This document shows, piece by piece, positions 24,021 to 38,000 of a stretch of DNA of 64,000 nt. The notes under the pieces were generated by a model. It made no database searches and had not been told where the DNA came from. It saw only the letters and a program-made list of their open reading frames with translations. Source of the stretch: Phoronis australis. Taxonomy: Eukaryota; Animalia; Phoronida. Made by a program: the position numbers and the translations under genes. The stretch lies in contig NMRA01000068.1 of NCBI GenBank assembly GCA_002633005.1, forward strand, positions 1,009,092 through 1,073,091. Reading direction: 5' to 3'. Position 1 is the first letter of the stretch. Every line of letters begins with the position of its first letter.

Positions 24021-25637
24021 GTGCACAAGTGCATACTAGCGGCCTCCAGTGACTACTTCAAAGTGATGTTTCTGGGAAATTTGAAAGAAAGTAGTGAGGA
24101 CGAGATTACACTCCAAGACCTTCCTTCCAGTGCACTTGAGGACGTCATCAACTTTATGTACACTGGCAAGCTAACATTATCGTTTACCAATGTGTCTGGC
24201 ATAATTCATGTTGCCAGCATTCTGCAAGTGAGTTCAGCTTTACACCTGACCTCGTCTTATCTCACAGACAATATGACTTTTGATAATTGTGAAAGTCTGC
24301 TGGATATTGCCCATGTGTATGCGCTAACCTCTGTGATTGAGTTTTACGAGAAGAAAGTTTGTAAAGAGCTTGAGTATTTCAGCAGCACGGCTCCATTCCA
24401 AACCCTAACCTGTGATCAGTTATGCAGGTATCTGACGAGTGACAGTGTACAAGTGGACAGTGAGAGTGTTGTGTTGACTGTTGCATTGAAGTGGTTGATG
24501 TTGAACCCAACATGTGGTGATGTAGAACGAGTGCTTACAACAGTGAGGTACGCTCTCATGTCTGCGTCTGAGCTGAGCTCAGTGCTTATTCAACCACCAT
24601 TTGCTGCCTCAAAAGAATGGTTTGAGAGTATTTCGTGTGTGCTCAAGATGCTCCTACCATGCCCAGCAGGAGGGCCGATACAGTGTCCTCTTCCAGCGCA
24701 GGAGCGGGTCCGCTGTGGGGAGCAGGCGATTGTGTTTCTGTCATCAACTGTGAACGGAACATTGAGACTCACTGCTCTAAGTCCTGCTAATAAACCTTTT
24801 GTTCTCGGTGAGAGTGTTAATAGTTATAACGAGATACGAGTAACGCAGCTCGATGATATGATCTACTTACTCAGTAGTGTAGAAAATTCAGAGTGGTCAT
24901 TGTTCGAGCGATTTGACACGCGTACCCTCACATTTTACAGTCTTGCGCAGCCACCAACAAACCGCATGCAGTATACACTCTCGTCCTGTCGAGGCAACAT
25001 TTTTCTTATTGGTGGGAAGACACCACGTGATCCATACTGCAAACCTGTCTACAGATTTTCCCCAAAAGAGAATACATGGCACAGTGGGCCGTCATTGCCT
25101 TATGGGAGATATTCACATGCTGCTGTCGTCCTTGACGACTCTATCTATGTGTCAGGAGGCATGGTAAACATGGCCGAATCTGCCACTCTGTCCAATTCAT
25201 GCATGCTGTTTAATGTTGTCAAGGAAACGTGGATGGATGTTTGTAGCATGAATCATAAAAGACGCTTGCATGAACTGGTTGCATTCAAAGGAAAACTGTA
25301 TGCTTTTGGTGGTATGTTGGAATGTCGACAATTAGAGGTTGCCGTTGAGTGCTATTGTCCAACAACTGACCAATGGTCATTACTTAGTCTGACAAGTGTA
25401 ACCGGGTCGTCTTTTGGTCATTTTGTTGTTCTTCAAGAAAAGGTGTTGTGCGTTGGACGGGAACATAAAGAAGCTATGGACGGTGAAATATGGTACTTAA
25501 ATGTTGACAAGGAATTGTGGGAGTTATTTAGTGGACCAAGTAAAGGATTTAAGGTGTATGGAGCCATGTTGTGTCTAAGCTCCACAATTAACTTTCATGA
25601 TTCTAGAGTTATGAATGGTGAGAGAGGCCAAGTGTAA
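24021..25637 (+). CDS. Kelch-like (BTB-BACK-Kelch) protein, second exon
   Basis: Acceptor tgtttag at 24020; HKCILAASSDYFKVMF (BTB), BACK (VDSESVVLTVALKWL...VRYALM) and Kelch repeats with GG dipeptides (IFLIGG, IYVSGG, LYAFGG); stop TAA at 25635-25637. Confidence 0.95.
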   Translation: MHKCILAASSDYFKVMFLGNLKESSEDEITLQDLPSSALEDVINFMYTGKLTLSFTNVSGIIHVASILQVSSALHLTSSYLTDNMTFDNCESLLDIAHVYALTSVIEFYEKKVCKELEYFSSTAPFQTLTCDQLCRYLTSDSVQVDSESVVLTVALKWLMLNPTCGDVERVLTTVRYALMSASELSSVLIQPPFAASKEWFESISCVLKMLLPCPAGGPIQCPLPAQERVRCGEQAIVFLSSTVNGTLRLTALSPANKPFVLGESVNSYNEIRVTQLDDMIYLLSSVENSEWSLFERFDTRTLTFYSLAQPPTNRMQYTLSSCRGNIFLIGGKTPRDPYCKPVYRFSPKENTWHSGPSLPYGRYSHAAVVLDDSIYVSGGMVNMAESATLSNSCMLFNVVKETWMDVCSMNHKRRLHELVAFKGKLYAFGGMLECRQLEVAVECYCPTTDQWSLLSLTSVTGSSFGHFVVLQEKVLCVGREHKEAMDGEIWYLNVDKELWELFSGPSKGFKVYGAMLCLSSTINFHDSRVMNGERGQV

Positions 25638-28600
25638 CCACTCTTACTTATATCCCATCCAACAACTTCTATTATTAGCATGTTTCCAAATAAAGGACAT
25701 TCTGGTCTCTCAATGTGTCATTTTTATTTGTGAAGGTACAATGCCCACGCTACTGTGTGGGACATTGCATACTCAAATAGGCAGAAGCAATTTATCGCAG
25801 CGGTCTGATCCATGGGCTTGGAAAGAATTGACAATTTGTAGTTGCTTGAGGGCATGGCCAGTGCCATCTCAAGCCAACTAGGTTTTTTCAAGGAATAACC
25901 AATTGTCCTAGCCAAACACAGAGATCACTTAGACCAAGGCAACAACAGAAAATAGATAACAAGCATTTTGGTATAAACAAGTGTCATATTCACACATCCA
26001 AAAGTTGAGACCAGCTTCATAATGAAACGTAGAATTCTCAAATGTCGTCTAAGCCAAAAGATAGTTTACAGAAGCTGGGCATAAAACAGCATCAAATCAT
26101 TGTTATATCTTTCTACGCCATACATAATAAATAAGACTGCATATCCACTAACAGTAAATACTGGACACGCCATGATATTATGTTACAATATACGTACTTT
26201 ATTTTTATGTTTTTACCAAATTGACAACATAACTTGTACTGGGTACAACTCTGTCAACTGTCGACAAACACAAATTCTGGCATGTTTGACAAAACTTGGA
26301 ATACATTTATTTAATACAATAACAGTTCTAAGGAGTAAATCTAAGCAAAATGTACAGCAAAGTCCAGTTCACTCGAGTCGACATTTAGACAATAACAGGA
26401 TGTGTACAACAAACTCACTCCAAAGACAAGTCACAACCAAGTTTACAATACATTAATATGCCAGTTGAGGTCATGAAGGACCTGATCATTATATCTTTGT
26501 TTAGCCAAATAGCAACAAAACTATAAATGAACTAGAATGGAAAAGTATGCAGACTGATTTTTAGATTCGTGTCAATTAATTGGGTCATGTGACCATGCAT
26601 TTAGCCAAATATATACAAACTATGGCAAGCTATGAAAAAGTTTAAATTTTCTAAAAGTAGAAAGGCTATAGAGCGATTTTTTAATTCATACCTTTCTGTC
26701 ATTGATTGTGTCGTGTGACCGTGTCTGTTCAGTAAACTTTTAGCAAAGAGAAGTACGTTCAGAGCAAAACAACCATCAGTAACATGGCCAAGTTTCATTT
26801 GAAATTATCAAAGATGAAACCTCAAAAATGGTTGCTGTTTTCTAAAATATTTTGGTTTTGTTTCACGCAACTTTTTGATTTTTTTAGAAAAATCATAAAA
26901 GTCCTATTTTTGATAACCCCTCGTGCAAAAGTGGAACATTTTAAAAACAATGATCCCTGACGTTGTTTTCAAGAACAGAACATAAAGCACAGTATCTGAA
27001 AGTTTTATTGGAATCTAGATATGATGTTCCAACGTTGTACACTTTTCTAGTGTCCTCCATAACCTTTATGACTAAATTTACAACATTTCTAAAGATGCAC
27101 GCAGTGTGAATAATCCCATGAGAGTACAGAACTAGAGCAGATTTAAAATATGTAGCATACAAATATATGACGTGAGAAATTTTAGCAAATATTCGACAGT
27201 GTTGTACCATAACTAAATATAACAGCAATGTCTTACAGGATTACGTTTCACTCAATTTGAACATTCGCACAAAAATGTGAGACAACATATTGATGGGGAA
27301 ACTAATTGTCAGATTCATACAAGCATGAAACTGACAAGGCGTTGCTACAGTAAAACTTGCGTAAGTGGAATGTCTAGGCTGTACTTTCACTTTGACAAAG
27401 TTCTGCGGTACAGTCTTTATAGTTTGTGCTCTTTTCCAATGAGACGAGTCACATTTTACGTAATTCTGAAAATCTTTTCAGTTATATTTGATTTGTGCAA
27501 GTTTTACTGTGAAAGTGCAAAGCTGTGAAGGATCGAGTGTACCATTAGTGACAGTCTAAATTGAGGGCAGACTCTAATGTGTTCTCACCATTTTCTGTTT
27601 CTTGCGCTGGACAACTGATGATATTGTTCATGTTGTGTTTACACTTATACTTATCTTGTCAAGGATCAGTTGGACTGACGGCTGCCTAAACAACAAATAT
27701 TCAAAAAATCTTACTTGTTGACACTGTGATGCTGTTAACTGAATTCATGTACATAACTGACTACAATGTAAAATATATGTGAACTGGTTCTTAATTTTGA
27801 TTCACTGAATATTCTGAACTTATATAATCACTTTGTCAACTGAAAGAACTTCGATCATTACACGCTTGGCTTTTTGCAAAGACGAAAATTGGCCATTTTC
27901 ACCCACATTTTGCTCATCAATCGTTGTCACAGAAACAACAGAATTCCATTACTATTCACCATGAAACAAGGAACATAGAATCAAGTTTCATTATGGTTAC
28001 ACTGTTGGCAACAGGTAATTAGTGATCATGAGGCTGCCTATACTCAGCAAGCAGCACTAGCCTGTCAGGTCTATAAAAATGAATAATTCAATGAAAATGA
28101 ACTATAAACACAGCATGATGCACAAGTACGATCTAAAATGAACAATAGGTGGATTTTTAAGTTGTGTTCCCTATGATAGGATGTTATTTTTGCCAAGCAA
28201 GGTGAGAATTTCTGCTTTAATCCAGGAAATTCTCATTACCAGAGGATGAGCAATACTGGAGAGATCTCAGTAAAACGGCCACTGGTTATGATCTCACTGA
28301 TTTGTTACTGACTACGTATAGCCGTCAGATGGTGATACTAATATTCTGTGTTGACGTTGCACGTGAAAACAAGAAAATGTAAATCTCACCAGTGAGATAA
28401 AAATGCACACTATTAATAATAAATACAACATAGTTAACATCCTCAGTCTTTAAGCATGTTACATTAATTTTACACATCTCCACGTCATGTTTATCTTGTC
28501 TTAAGCTTGACAAGTGAATGCACATCTTCCCAGATAAAAATCGCTGAAGCCACTTAGCCACAATCTCTGTAAACACAAAAATTTAGAGTTAATAATGAGC

Positions 28601-30199
28601 TAGGCCAACATTGCACCATGCTGCTAATAGGATGGTCCAAATGACACAGCAGCACTCCCAGTATTTATCCACAATACTCTCGAGCAGTTTTCTGGCCTCG
28701 TTTTTGTGCTATTCGAGTTTCTCATGTTATTTGTTGGTGGCTTGCTTTATTTACTTTTTTCTCAACTGCATGAACTGTGTTCGTACTTGCAATGCCAGTG
28801 ACGTTCTGCTGTGTTGTGGGCCAGCAGCTCTGACAGCAGAAGGTTCAATAAATTTGATAAGTATGTGTGGATTCCATGTTTTCGTACCCAAAAACAAGGC
28901 CAATGAAACTAATACATTTTCCTACTTCCAGAACAATGGAGGTTTTTATCTGGGACCGTCATATTCTGAAAACATGCCAATCTACATTTTGCATGTCCTA
29001 CAATCACACCAGTTCAGTGTTACAGAAATGTTCATGAAACCGGCAGTAAACATGTTTTTCACACACTTTCCAGCATACATTTTTAAATCGGCATGAATTC
29101 ACAACATGCTATTGAAATCTAAATCTATTCTTTAAAAAAATCCTTCAAATGTTCTCTCAACTGGGTGTCATAATTTAGTCACAACAGTACTTCATGAGTA
29201 TGCATGATGTCCATCATAATCTAGTGAAGTTATTCATTATCTATTTATAGACTGCCTGGACCTAGTTTTTTTAGAGTCAAAGTGATATTGTGACAACAAG
29301 GCCCAGGGCGTATTTCTGAAATTCCATGAGTGACTCAAAGCTACAGAACTTTCTGACAATTTTTCTGATACCAAAGTTGAGCTACATTCCCTTCTCCCAA
29401 AAGGTTACTAAGGAAACGGAAAAACTTTTCGAGTAGTGAATCGTGGCACCAAAATAGAGTGCCATTGATATTAACAGATGCAAACTAACACCTAATTACT
29501 GCAGTTTTAAATTGGAATTTCGCAGTGTCAAAACATCTGGTTAAATGCCATGGACTCAGTTCAGTTGACAATACCTTCTATGGGTGGGCTTCATACAAAT
29601 TCACCTTTGATGAGAAAATGGTGTCACTTTCACTGAAAAAACAAAATGGTATAAAATCCTAGTAACTCAGCAAAATAGTTTGTTCTACACGTTGACTAAG
29701 TGATGAATTGTCTTTCATGCTATGCAATGCCACAATACAGACAGCACAGATTACAAGACCTGTATATAACACCACAAACCGAAACAATTTTAAGGCTTTA
29801 AAACGCGGGTGTTTCAGACTAAAACCAACTATGATAAACACACGACACTCGGGCAGGGATTACCAAGGCCTGTCAGCAAAAGATGGGCTTCACAACAAAA
29901 GTGTCATTTTAAAAAACTGTGTCAAAGTCTGGCCGGATAGCAAACGAATTGAGACCTTTTAAAAACAGTTATTAGTAATAATAACATGGCACAATAGACC
30001 TAACTCTGGAACATATTGGTGAGTTCTAAGTGAAACTCTCATTTCTGGGACTTCTCAAAATGTTTTTAAAAATTGAGTGAGGTTCCTCTTTTAACTGGAA
30101 TAAAATGAGACCGATGACTGGGTTGGCTCAATATCAGTTACGTGATGCATGACAATCACAATATCATAAACAAAATCAACGCAGAGTATTTATATGCAC

Positions 30200-32020
30200 C
30201 CACTGTGGGCACCAGATCCATCCAAAAAACATTTGTTTTCTCCTCCACATGAATACACAGTTACAATCTTTCAAGTGCTTGATCCGATACATGGACGGAC
30301 ACCAAAAATAGACTAAAAATTAATAGCAATGACCACAAGAGGGCATATAATAACCTAATTCATGCGAAATTGGGAAGGTGTCTTCATAGAAAAATATTGT
30401 CCAAGCTTCATAAAACTCATCAAGAAGGCAAATTTAAAAGTGAAATTGCCACTTGGGGGGTTGCAGCACAGCAGAAGTACTTATCTGTAGTCGGCTTTAC
30501 AGGAAGACAGTTGCTAAATTTCACAAAGATCGTTAAGGGAATTTAGGAGATACGCCCCGGGCAGAGATGATGGCAGGATGCGTCCACATAATTATACAAA
30601 TATGTAGGGGCGTAAAAACTATGTAGGGTTTCGGCAATCTATTTCAATCCAGATAAAATGGTGCCAAAAGACATGACAACAAAATATGAAAGACCCCGTG
30701 TAAAGGTTAGACATACCAAAAGCTCGTCACTGACACATGTTAACATGGTCAAGACGAGCATAATTAGTATCATTGCTGCAGCTGTACTCGACACTATTTT
30801 TAGAACAGAACATAATTTGTACACTGAATTCCACACAGCTTTACGTAGATTGTTGCTGCAACAGTTTTTAAAGTTCAACTCTTAGTCTTCACAACAGATG
30901 AGCAGTGAAGGAAACCCCTGTACGCTTACATGGGAGTTGTTCGTTTCATAGGACGCTTTTGAGAACTGTGAGGTTACCCTTGCATATATACCAGTGGCAT
31001 GAAGTATTTTGCATGTTTACCTGGGAGAGTCATTTGTTCCGTAGGATGCGTTGAGAGCTGCAGGGGTTCGGGTGGGGTAATTGGCCCCATCACCAAGACT
31101 GAAACAGGAGATAGATCACAGCAACTTAATTTAAAACTAATTGATGTTCTACAGAACATATTATGATGTCAACTGTCATGCTACAGTTAATTAGGTCATG
31201 AAGTGCCCAGTAATAGAACACTTACAATAAGAGCAACGCAGAGTGTTGAAATGCGCCCACGAATGCATTGCAAATGGTGTGCTTTTAGGGTTATTTATTT
31301 GTATCATAAAAATGGCCACTAAATGGTGCAAAAACACACAATCCATCCAAAAACAGGAACATGCCATATTTCATAAAATCTGTCAAGGAACTTCAGAGAA
31401 ACAAAGGAATACAGAATAAAATGAAATTGCCACTAGTGAGCACAGTGTCCGCTGGATCCGCCCGAAAGTCGTCGTCTGTTGTTATCTTCACATAAATACA
31501 CTTACTTAATTTAATAAAGATCCTACAGTGGGTTTAGGAGATACAACTATGGGCGTAAAACAAAACTACCACTAGGAGGTGCCACAGTAGTCAGTCACCA
31601 TCATCAAAGATCGTCTTCACACTGAGAACATATATGCCAATTTTCAAATGATTTGGTTGATACAGGGGTGGACGCCAAAAACAAGATTTGAAAACAGCAA
31701 AAATGGCCACTAGGTGGTGTAGAATACCTTGATTCCATCCAAAAACAGGAAGATAGCATCATCACACCAATAGATGCCTATATATTTTACATTTTATGAA
31801 AATCTGTTGAGGACATTTGAAGATAAAGCGCTAAACGTAAAAAACTAAAATTGCCACTAGAGGGCACAGCAGTAGTCAGATCTGTCCGAAAGTCATTGTC
31901 GTCCGTAGTCAACATCATATAAATTTACTTGCTAAATTAAGTAAAGATCCTGCAAACAATTTAGGAGACACAGCCATGAGCGCAAAAAAAATGCCAATAG
32001 GAGACGCCCCAGTAGTCAAA
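30200..32020. repeat. Dispersed repeat family built from about 140-bp subunits; related copies near 38930-39180 and inverted at 60040-61030
   Basis: Recurrent aaattgccactag..., ccatccaaaaacagga, taaagatcc and ttaggagatac words in introns of ZDHHC and VWA3B (interrupted by the ZDHHC exon at 31021-31098). Confidence 0.7.
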
Positions 32021-35000
32021 GTCGTCATGTGATACAATTATACAGCCCTACAGGTACTTCAGGTGTTACAGTTGTACCACCCTACAGGTACTTCAGGTGT
32101 TACAGTTGTACCACCCTACAAGTACTTCAGGAGTTACAGTTGTACCACCCTACAGGTATTTCAGGTGTTACAGTTGAGGCTCTGCCAACTTTCGCTGGTG
32201 TTAAGCCACTTGTGCTGCTTACATTTTTTTTTTGCTGCCTGGCTTAACACATTATGCACAATCCACGTCGCCTAGATAGCAACGAATGATAAGTCTTAAC
32301 ATGTTGCAGTGCAAGAACATAAATTGTCTGTATTACAGTGTGTTTACACTCCTCTGCAATTTTATTTGAAAAATGACTTCAGGGTAGCAGTAAATCAGTC
32401 CCCAATAGTTTCTAAAACAATCAAAACAGTTACACAGAACATTCAGCCAATGCAGCTGTCAACTGTTTCTTCAACTGTTCGCTCTCTAATAACAACTTAG
32501 GTGCGGCTAGTTTTGGCAGTGCGCAATTGCTAAAGTGTGGAAGAGAAACTGTTCTTCTGTTAACGCTGAACTGTTGAATGTTTTTTAACCATTTTTGCAA
32601 TTTTTGCCACATTTCCGTCTTATTTTCTTTACACTTCTGGACATGCTGTCGATATTTGTGAACTTTTTGAAAACTACTGTTGTTTATGGATGACACTGTA
32701 GTATATCGATGACACTGTCAATGTTCAATGAACAAGCAGTTGGCACATGTTCTAACATGTCAGCATGCTCTTCCACCTTAAGCACTCTCATCTCCCTGTC
32801 ATTCAAACATCTGCTGCTCTGAAAATACTGAATAAAATGATAGAAGCCTCTTCTAAATACTACCCACAGATTTTACCTGGAAAAAACAGGTAGAAACCAA
32901 TAGAGCTTTCTTTCTCCAAAAATTTGAATGAAGTTGGTGTAGGAGCCCAGGTTGTAGCCATCTTTCTCTGGCCCTGTACGGAATATGGGCGGCCTGAAGG
33001 ACTCTAAAGGAGGAAGAATACAATTTATTTCATTTTCACAACATCACGACTATAAAAGTAGACAACATTTACATCTTCCTTTATTTACTACTCTGTTGTT
33101 CAGCATTAGCCAATAGACAATAGAGACAAGAAGCTAGCCGTGATTATCCAGACAAACCATGCACACAGCGGTAGAAGCACTATGCGTGCAACCACATTGG
33201 TTCATGTGCGTTCAATTAAATACTTCACCAGTAAACCATTACTATCACATCTCACCCTCACAACCCCAGAAAACGCTTCACTACCACAGGACCCTAGTAA
33301 ACTTTTCACCACCATGCATCTAGACTATCACACCTTATCCCTACATCCTCAGCACACTCTTCACTATCATACCTCACAGCTACAACCCCAGTACACAGCA
33401 CGCCATTCACTATCACACCTCACAGCTACAACCCCAGTACACAGCACACCTTTCACTATCACACCTCACAGCTACAACCCCAGTACACAGCACACCATTA
33501 AAAATCACACCTCACCCCTACACTTCCCTTCACTATCATACCTCACCCCTACACTCCCAGTACACACTTCACTATAATACCTCACAGCTACAACCACAGT
33601 ACACCCTTCACTATCACACCTCACCCCTACACTGCCAGAACACCCTTCACTGTCATACCTCACAGCTACAACCCCAGTACACAGCACAAACTTCACTATC
33701 AAACCTCACCTCTACACTCCCAGTACACCCTTCACTATCACTCCTCAACCCTACAACCCTGGTAAAGCCTTGACCACAAAACTGACTCATCTGACAATTG
33801 ATTCAACTCGAATTATTGTGCAATTGCTAAAACTCGCATCTAACCTAACATTACCATGATACATGATGTGATAGCAGGATCCAGGGCTTAGTCCAGCATC
33901 TTAATTAATTTTGTAAACTAGGCATTCGTTACCCACAGTTTGCAAGAGTGAGCCAGACCTCTGTACACCAACAATGTCATCCACAAGCTAGCAACTTACA
34001 TTTAGTAAATAGTTCAGCAAAACATACCTAGTGTACTTTTATTCCTGACTGTCAGGTAACAGTGGTAACCAAACAGTGATGTCAAGCTGATGGCAAACAT
34101 GGCAGCAGCAAAAAACAGGAACAAAACGTGAAAATTGCCTTTGCCCGGCTCCTAATAAAAGAAACAAATTACCATTTGTATATAATCAATTTCAAAATTT
34201 GATTTATCTGTAGAACTAATCACTAACTTCAAAAGCAAACTAAGACCATTTCTGCTCATATTTCTGTCCAACCTTTGAAGGTACACTTAATTACATCGTG
34301 AAATATCAGCTGAGTTTGATTTTATTCCTGATGTTACCTTAGTGCGGGGAAATCCTCAATGTCCTGACTTTCATAGCAAAATAGGTATAATTCTTTATCC
34401 ATCCAGGAAAGTCCATAATTAGAGATATTAAACCTGTTCAGATAGACTATATTGTGCTTACTAAAAAAATTCTTAAGCTCTCGAGAGCATCACACTCCCT
34501 TCTAGAGTAGTAGAATTCAAGAAACCCATTTATTGCGTTCACACAAGAGTTCACGTCAGACTGTAGTCTCCCGTTTCTGGATTGTTTGGTGTCTTAGGAT
34601 TCTAATAGACGGATTTGTTGTAAGATGTATAGGAAATCTAAGCACAAAGACCAATACTTAGTGTTCGATTCTCATCATCCCCTCTGTAACGAGTATGGTG
34701 TTATACATTCTCTGATTTACAGTTAAGAAGTTGTCGGATAGAGAGTTGGAGAAAGCACTTTGGTATTACTTTGTCCAATTGCAGGTATCCCCGATGGGTG
34801 ATGAGTGACGCCCTTAAAAGTCACACATCGAGAATCTGACTCTTGTTAGGGTTTTGTTTCTGTACATTAAAGGAAAAGCTACAACGCATTGGGTCTGATT
34901 GTGGGATCACTGTTGCTCACTGTCCGTGTAATATTTTGCAAAATTCATTATGAGTGGGGTACTTTATCACATCCATTGTGAAGGTGACAAATGTACCAAG

Positions 35001-38000
35001 GAATATATCAGAGAAACTCAACAACTCCTACAGAAACAGTTGGCCCAACACCAGAGGAATGCAGGGGAAGTGTTTTAAGGGAATGGTCACAAGTTTGATA
35101 ATGACGATGTTAAAACTTTAAGTAGGGGCAAGAACTGTTTCGAAAGAGGTGTCAAAGAGACCATCTCCATTAAGTAGGGAGGACAACGTTTTTTTATTTT
35201 TTTTACAATACCCATGAGTCATACAGTTTTGAAAAGCCCTTGGTGTGAGAAATACAATGGTGCAAAAATCAGAAAAATTGGATGAGCGGTTAACGAGAAA
35301 ATGGCCGTTGAAACGCGACGATTATGCGTAAAATATCTGCCTTTTTACATAATTTCGTAAAAAATAAAAGAATATACATGTGCTGCATGTAAAAAGATTC
35401 GTCTCATTGTGACAAACATGGTGGTGTGTATTATATAAAATTTGGATCGATTTCTACAGAGATATTGCTGTTTAAGTGTGTTGTTAGCATATAGAACAGG
35501 CTCATCATATTTGATGAAAACAATGAATTACACAGCATAAAAGGTAAAGAGCAAAGACATCACATCAGCTCAGAAATAAATACATCTGAGCTATGAGGAA
35601 ATTTCACATCAAATCACAAGATCACATTGGTGGATTTGGGGGGGCAAGGGGGCCTGGCCCGTGGCCCCCCTAAAACTCCCATTTGGCTGCTAGTTTGAGG
35701 GTGCAAATATCTTACGGGTAAAATCCTGCATAATACTCTGCCCTGCCCCCCCCCNNNNNNNNNNNNNNNGGAAAAGTACTATAAAGATTATATCTCGTAA
35801 GAACACAACTGAAGCTCCACCTGTCCTGACATTCTACCATTCCTTTAGTAGGGAGCTGGACACTTCAGGTATGATATAGTAGAGCTGAACAGCTTTAATT
35901 TTTCTACAGGTACTAGTATACAACCAGCAGACTACCACCTACAGATGCCTGAAAATGCTCAATTGTCATCGCTAAAGTTCGTTGTTGTCCAACATGAATT
36001 ATGATCGTCACCGAACCATTGGTTAGGCGTTGATTGTTGTGTTTACAGCAATGCACAAGGCTTCCGCAAAAAAAAGTTCATTTCAGTTTATGAACTCTTA
36101 ATGAAATTACAACAAGCCACACAGAGCTCCGTGCATTTTTGTCAGTGGTTCTCAAAATGTGGTACCCTTAGGTGATTACTATAAGCAGACAAATGTGGCT
36201 CCCACTACTAAGGAACATTATTTTTTTGACTATGCATTTCCATCTTCTTCAAATGTAACTGCGACTATTAACAAGACTTACTTAGTACCAATTTGATATT
36301 CAACATTATAAGTGTGTGACATGGATGTTTCAGGGCCATGTTTTGACATTCATGTACTGACCTGCCCAAGTTTGGATTTTCATACATCTATTGTACACGA
36401 CAAATTTAACGGGTGTGCTATCTGGCTATATACAAACAGACACATTAGCCCAATCTAGGAGATTTGAGTAGCACATAACGATGTCTACCTACCGTCCAGA
36501 ATTTGACAAAGTATTGAGCCACAGTGATGACTATGAAGAGGCAATAAATGAGTCCATATGCCAAGAAAAGGACAAAGAACTTGTAGGTGTTGTAGCACAC
36601 ACAGTTGTTGACCCTGTCAATGGAAATGTAGATGTTGTAGCACACACAATTGTTGACTCTGTGAGATTTATGAACACAACCACATGACAGTATTACCAAC
36701 ATCTGAACAACATCTGCACAAAAGAAGATGTTATCTCATGATACCTTGAGTAACTCACTTCTACAGTAATCACACACTGCTGATTAATTGCCATCATTGG
36801 CTATTTGTCAACAGATGACCTTCTCCGGAACAACTGTGCTGATGGTAGCAGTTTTACTTTATCTTGCAAAAACACAGCTGCATCTAATGACCCTAATGCC
36901 GCACTTATTCACCCCAATAATGTTGGAATCTTACCATGGACAATGATGATCCATCTTTAAAATACACCTGCAACAACAGAAATACATCAAGTGCATCTCA
37001 GTTTCTGTGGTTACAAATAATAACACAACTGATATCATCGTCACTTCAACATTTTCACATGGTAAACTGAATGAGAAGAGAACGTAGTATGACATTTAAA
37101 AGTCTTAGAGCTCTTAACTGCACATTTTGAGCTAGAACTCTTCATCAACAAATCTGTTACAATTTCACGTTAATCAGAAATTCCGAAGAAATATTAGAAA
37201 AATCTCTTCTCAAACTTTCGAAGGTGATCATTTTTTGGCATATAATACGTTTTTTTTGCTGAGGCCAAAGTTATTAACTTCCAAGAGGTATATCCCATCC
37301 AATGATAATCCTAAAAATGCGTTGTTCAGCTGTAAACCCAATAAAGTCTCCTAGATCCTTATAGATGCACTACTCACGTTCCACACACTGAACAATGGTG
37401 CGCCCGGTCTGGTTTGATACAATGGCATTTTTCACATATACGCATACCTGCAACACAATATATAGGGCTCGTTTACATCATCACATAATATACAGTTGTC
37501 ATTTACACCATGACATTATATGCAGTGGTCATACACATCATCGCATTATAAATAATGCTCATTTACTATTCATCACATTATATACAGTGGTCATTTACAA
37601 CACGTTATATACAGTGGCCATTTACACCATGACATTATATACAGTGGTCATTTACAATTCACATTATATACGGTGGTCATTTACATCATCACAGCAAAAG
37701 AGAGAAGCACCATCTGGAGCAAGCTACAAGCCCCCTTACCATTATGGTGCGTCCTACAGTTGACAGGTATGTTTCTATCCCTCACTACTTTGGCCAGTAT
37801 GTCTCTCTTTCTGTGTTCTTCTTCTTCCTCTTTGTACATGGCATATTCATTCTCATCTAAATAAAACTACAACAAAACACAAAACCACCTTTAATCCAGT
37901 GCTTGTTTTCATGTCCAAAACCCACTGTCACAGTCCTTAAAAAAACAAGGACAGCTTCAAAAACTTCACAATCCGCAAACTTAACTTGAGGATATCTTTG

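Noticed and set aside
28611-29096. 161-aa plus-strand ORF
   Set aside because: TTG start, no recognisable motifs, and antisense to the ZDHHC 3' region.
33140-33702. His/Thr/Pro-rich ORFs
   Set aside because: Translation of an intronic minisatellite.
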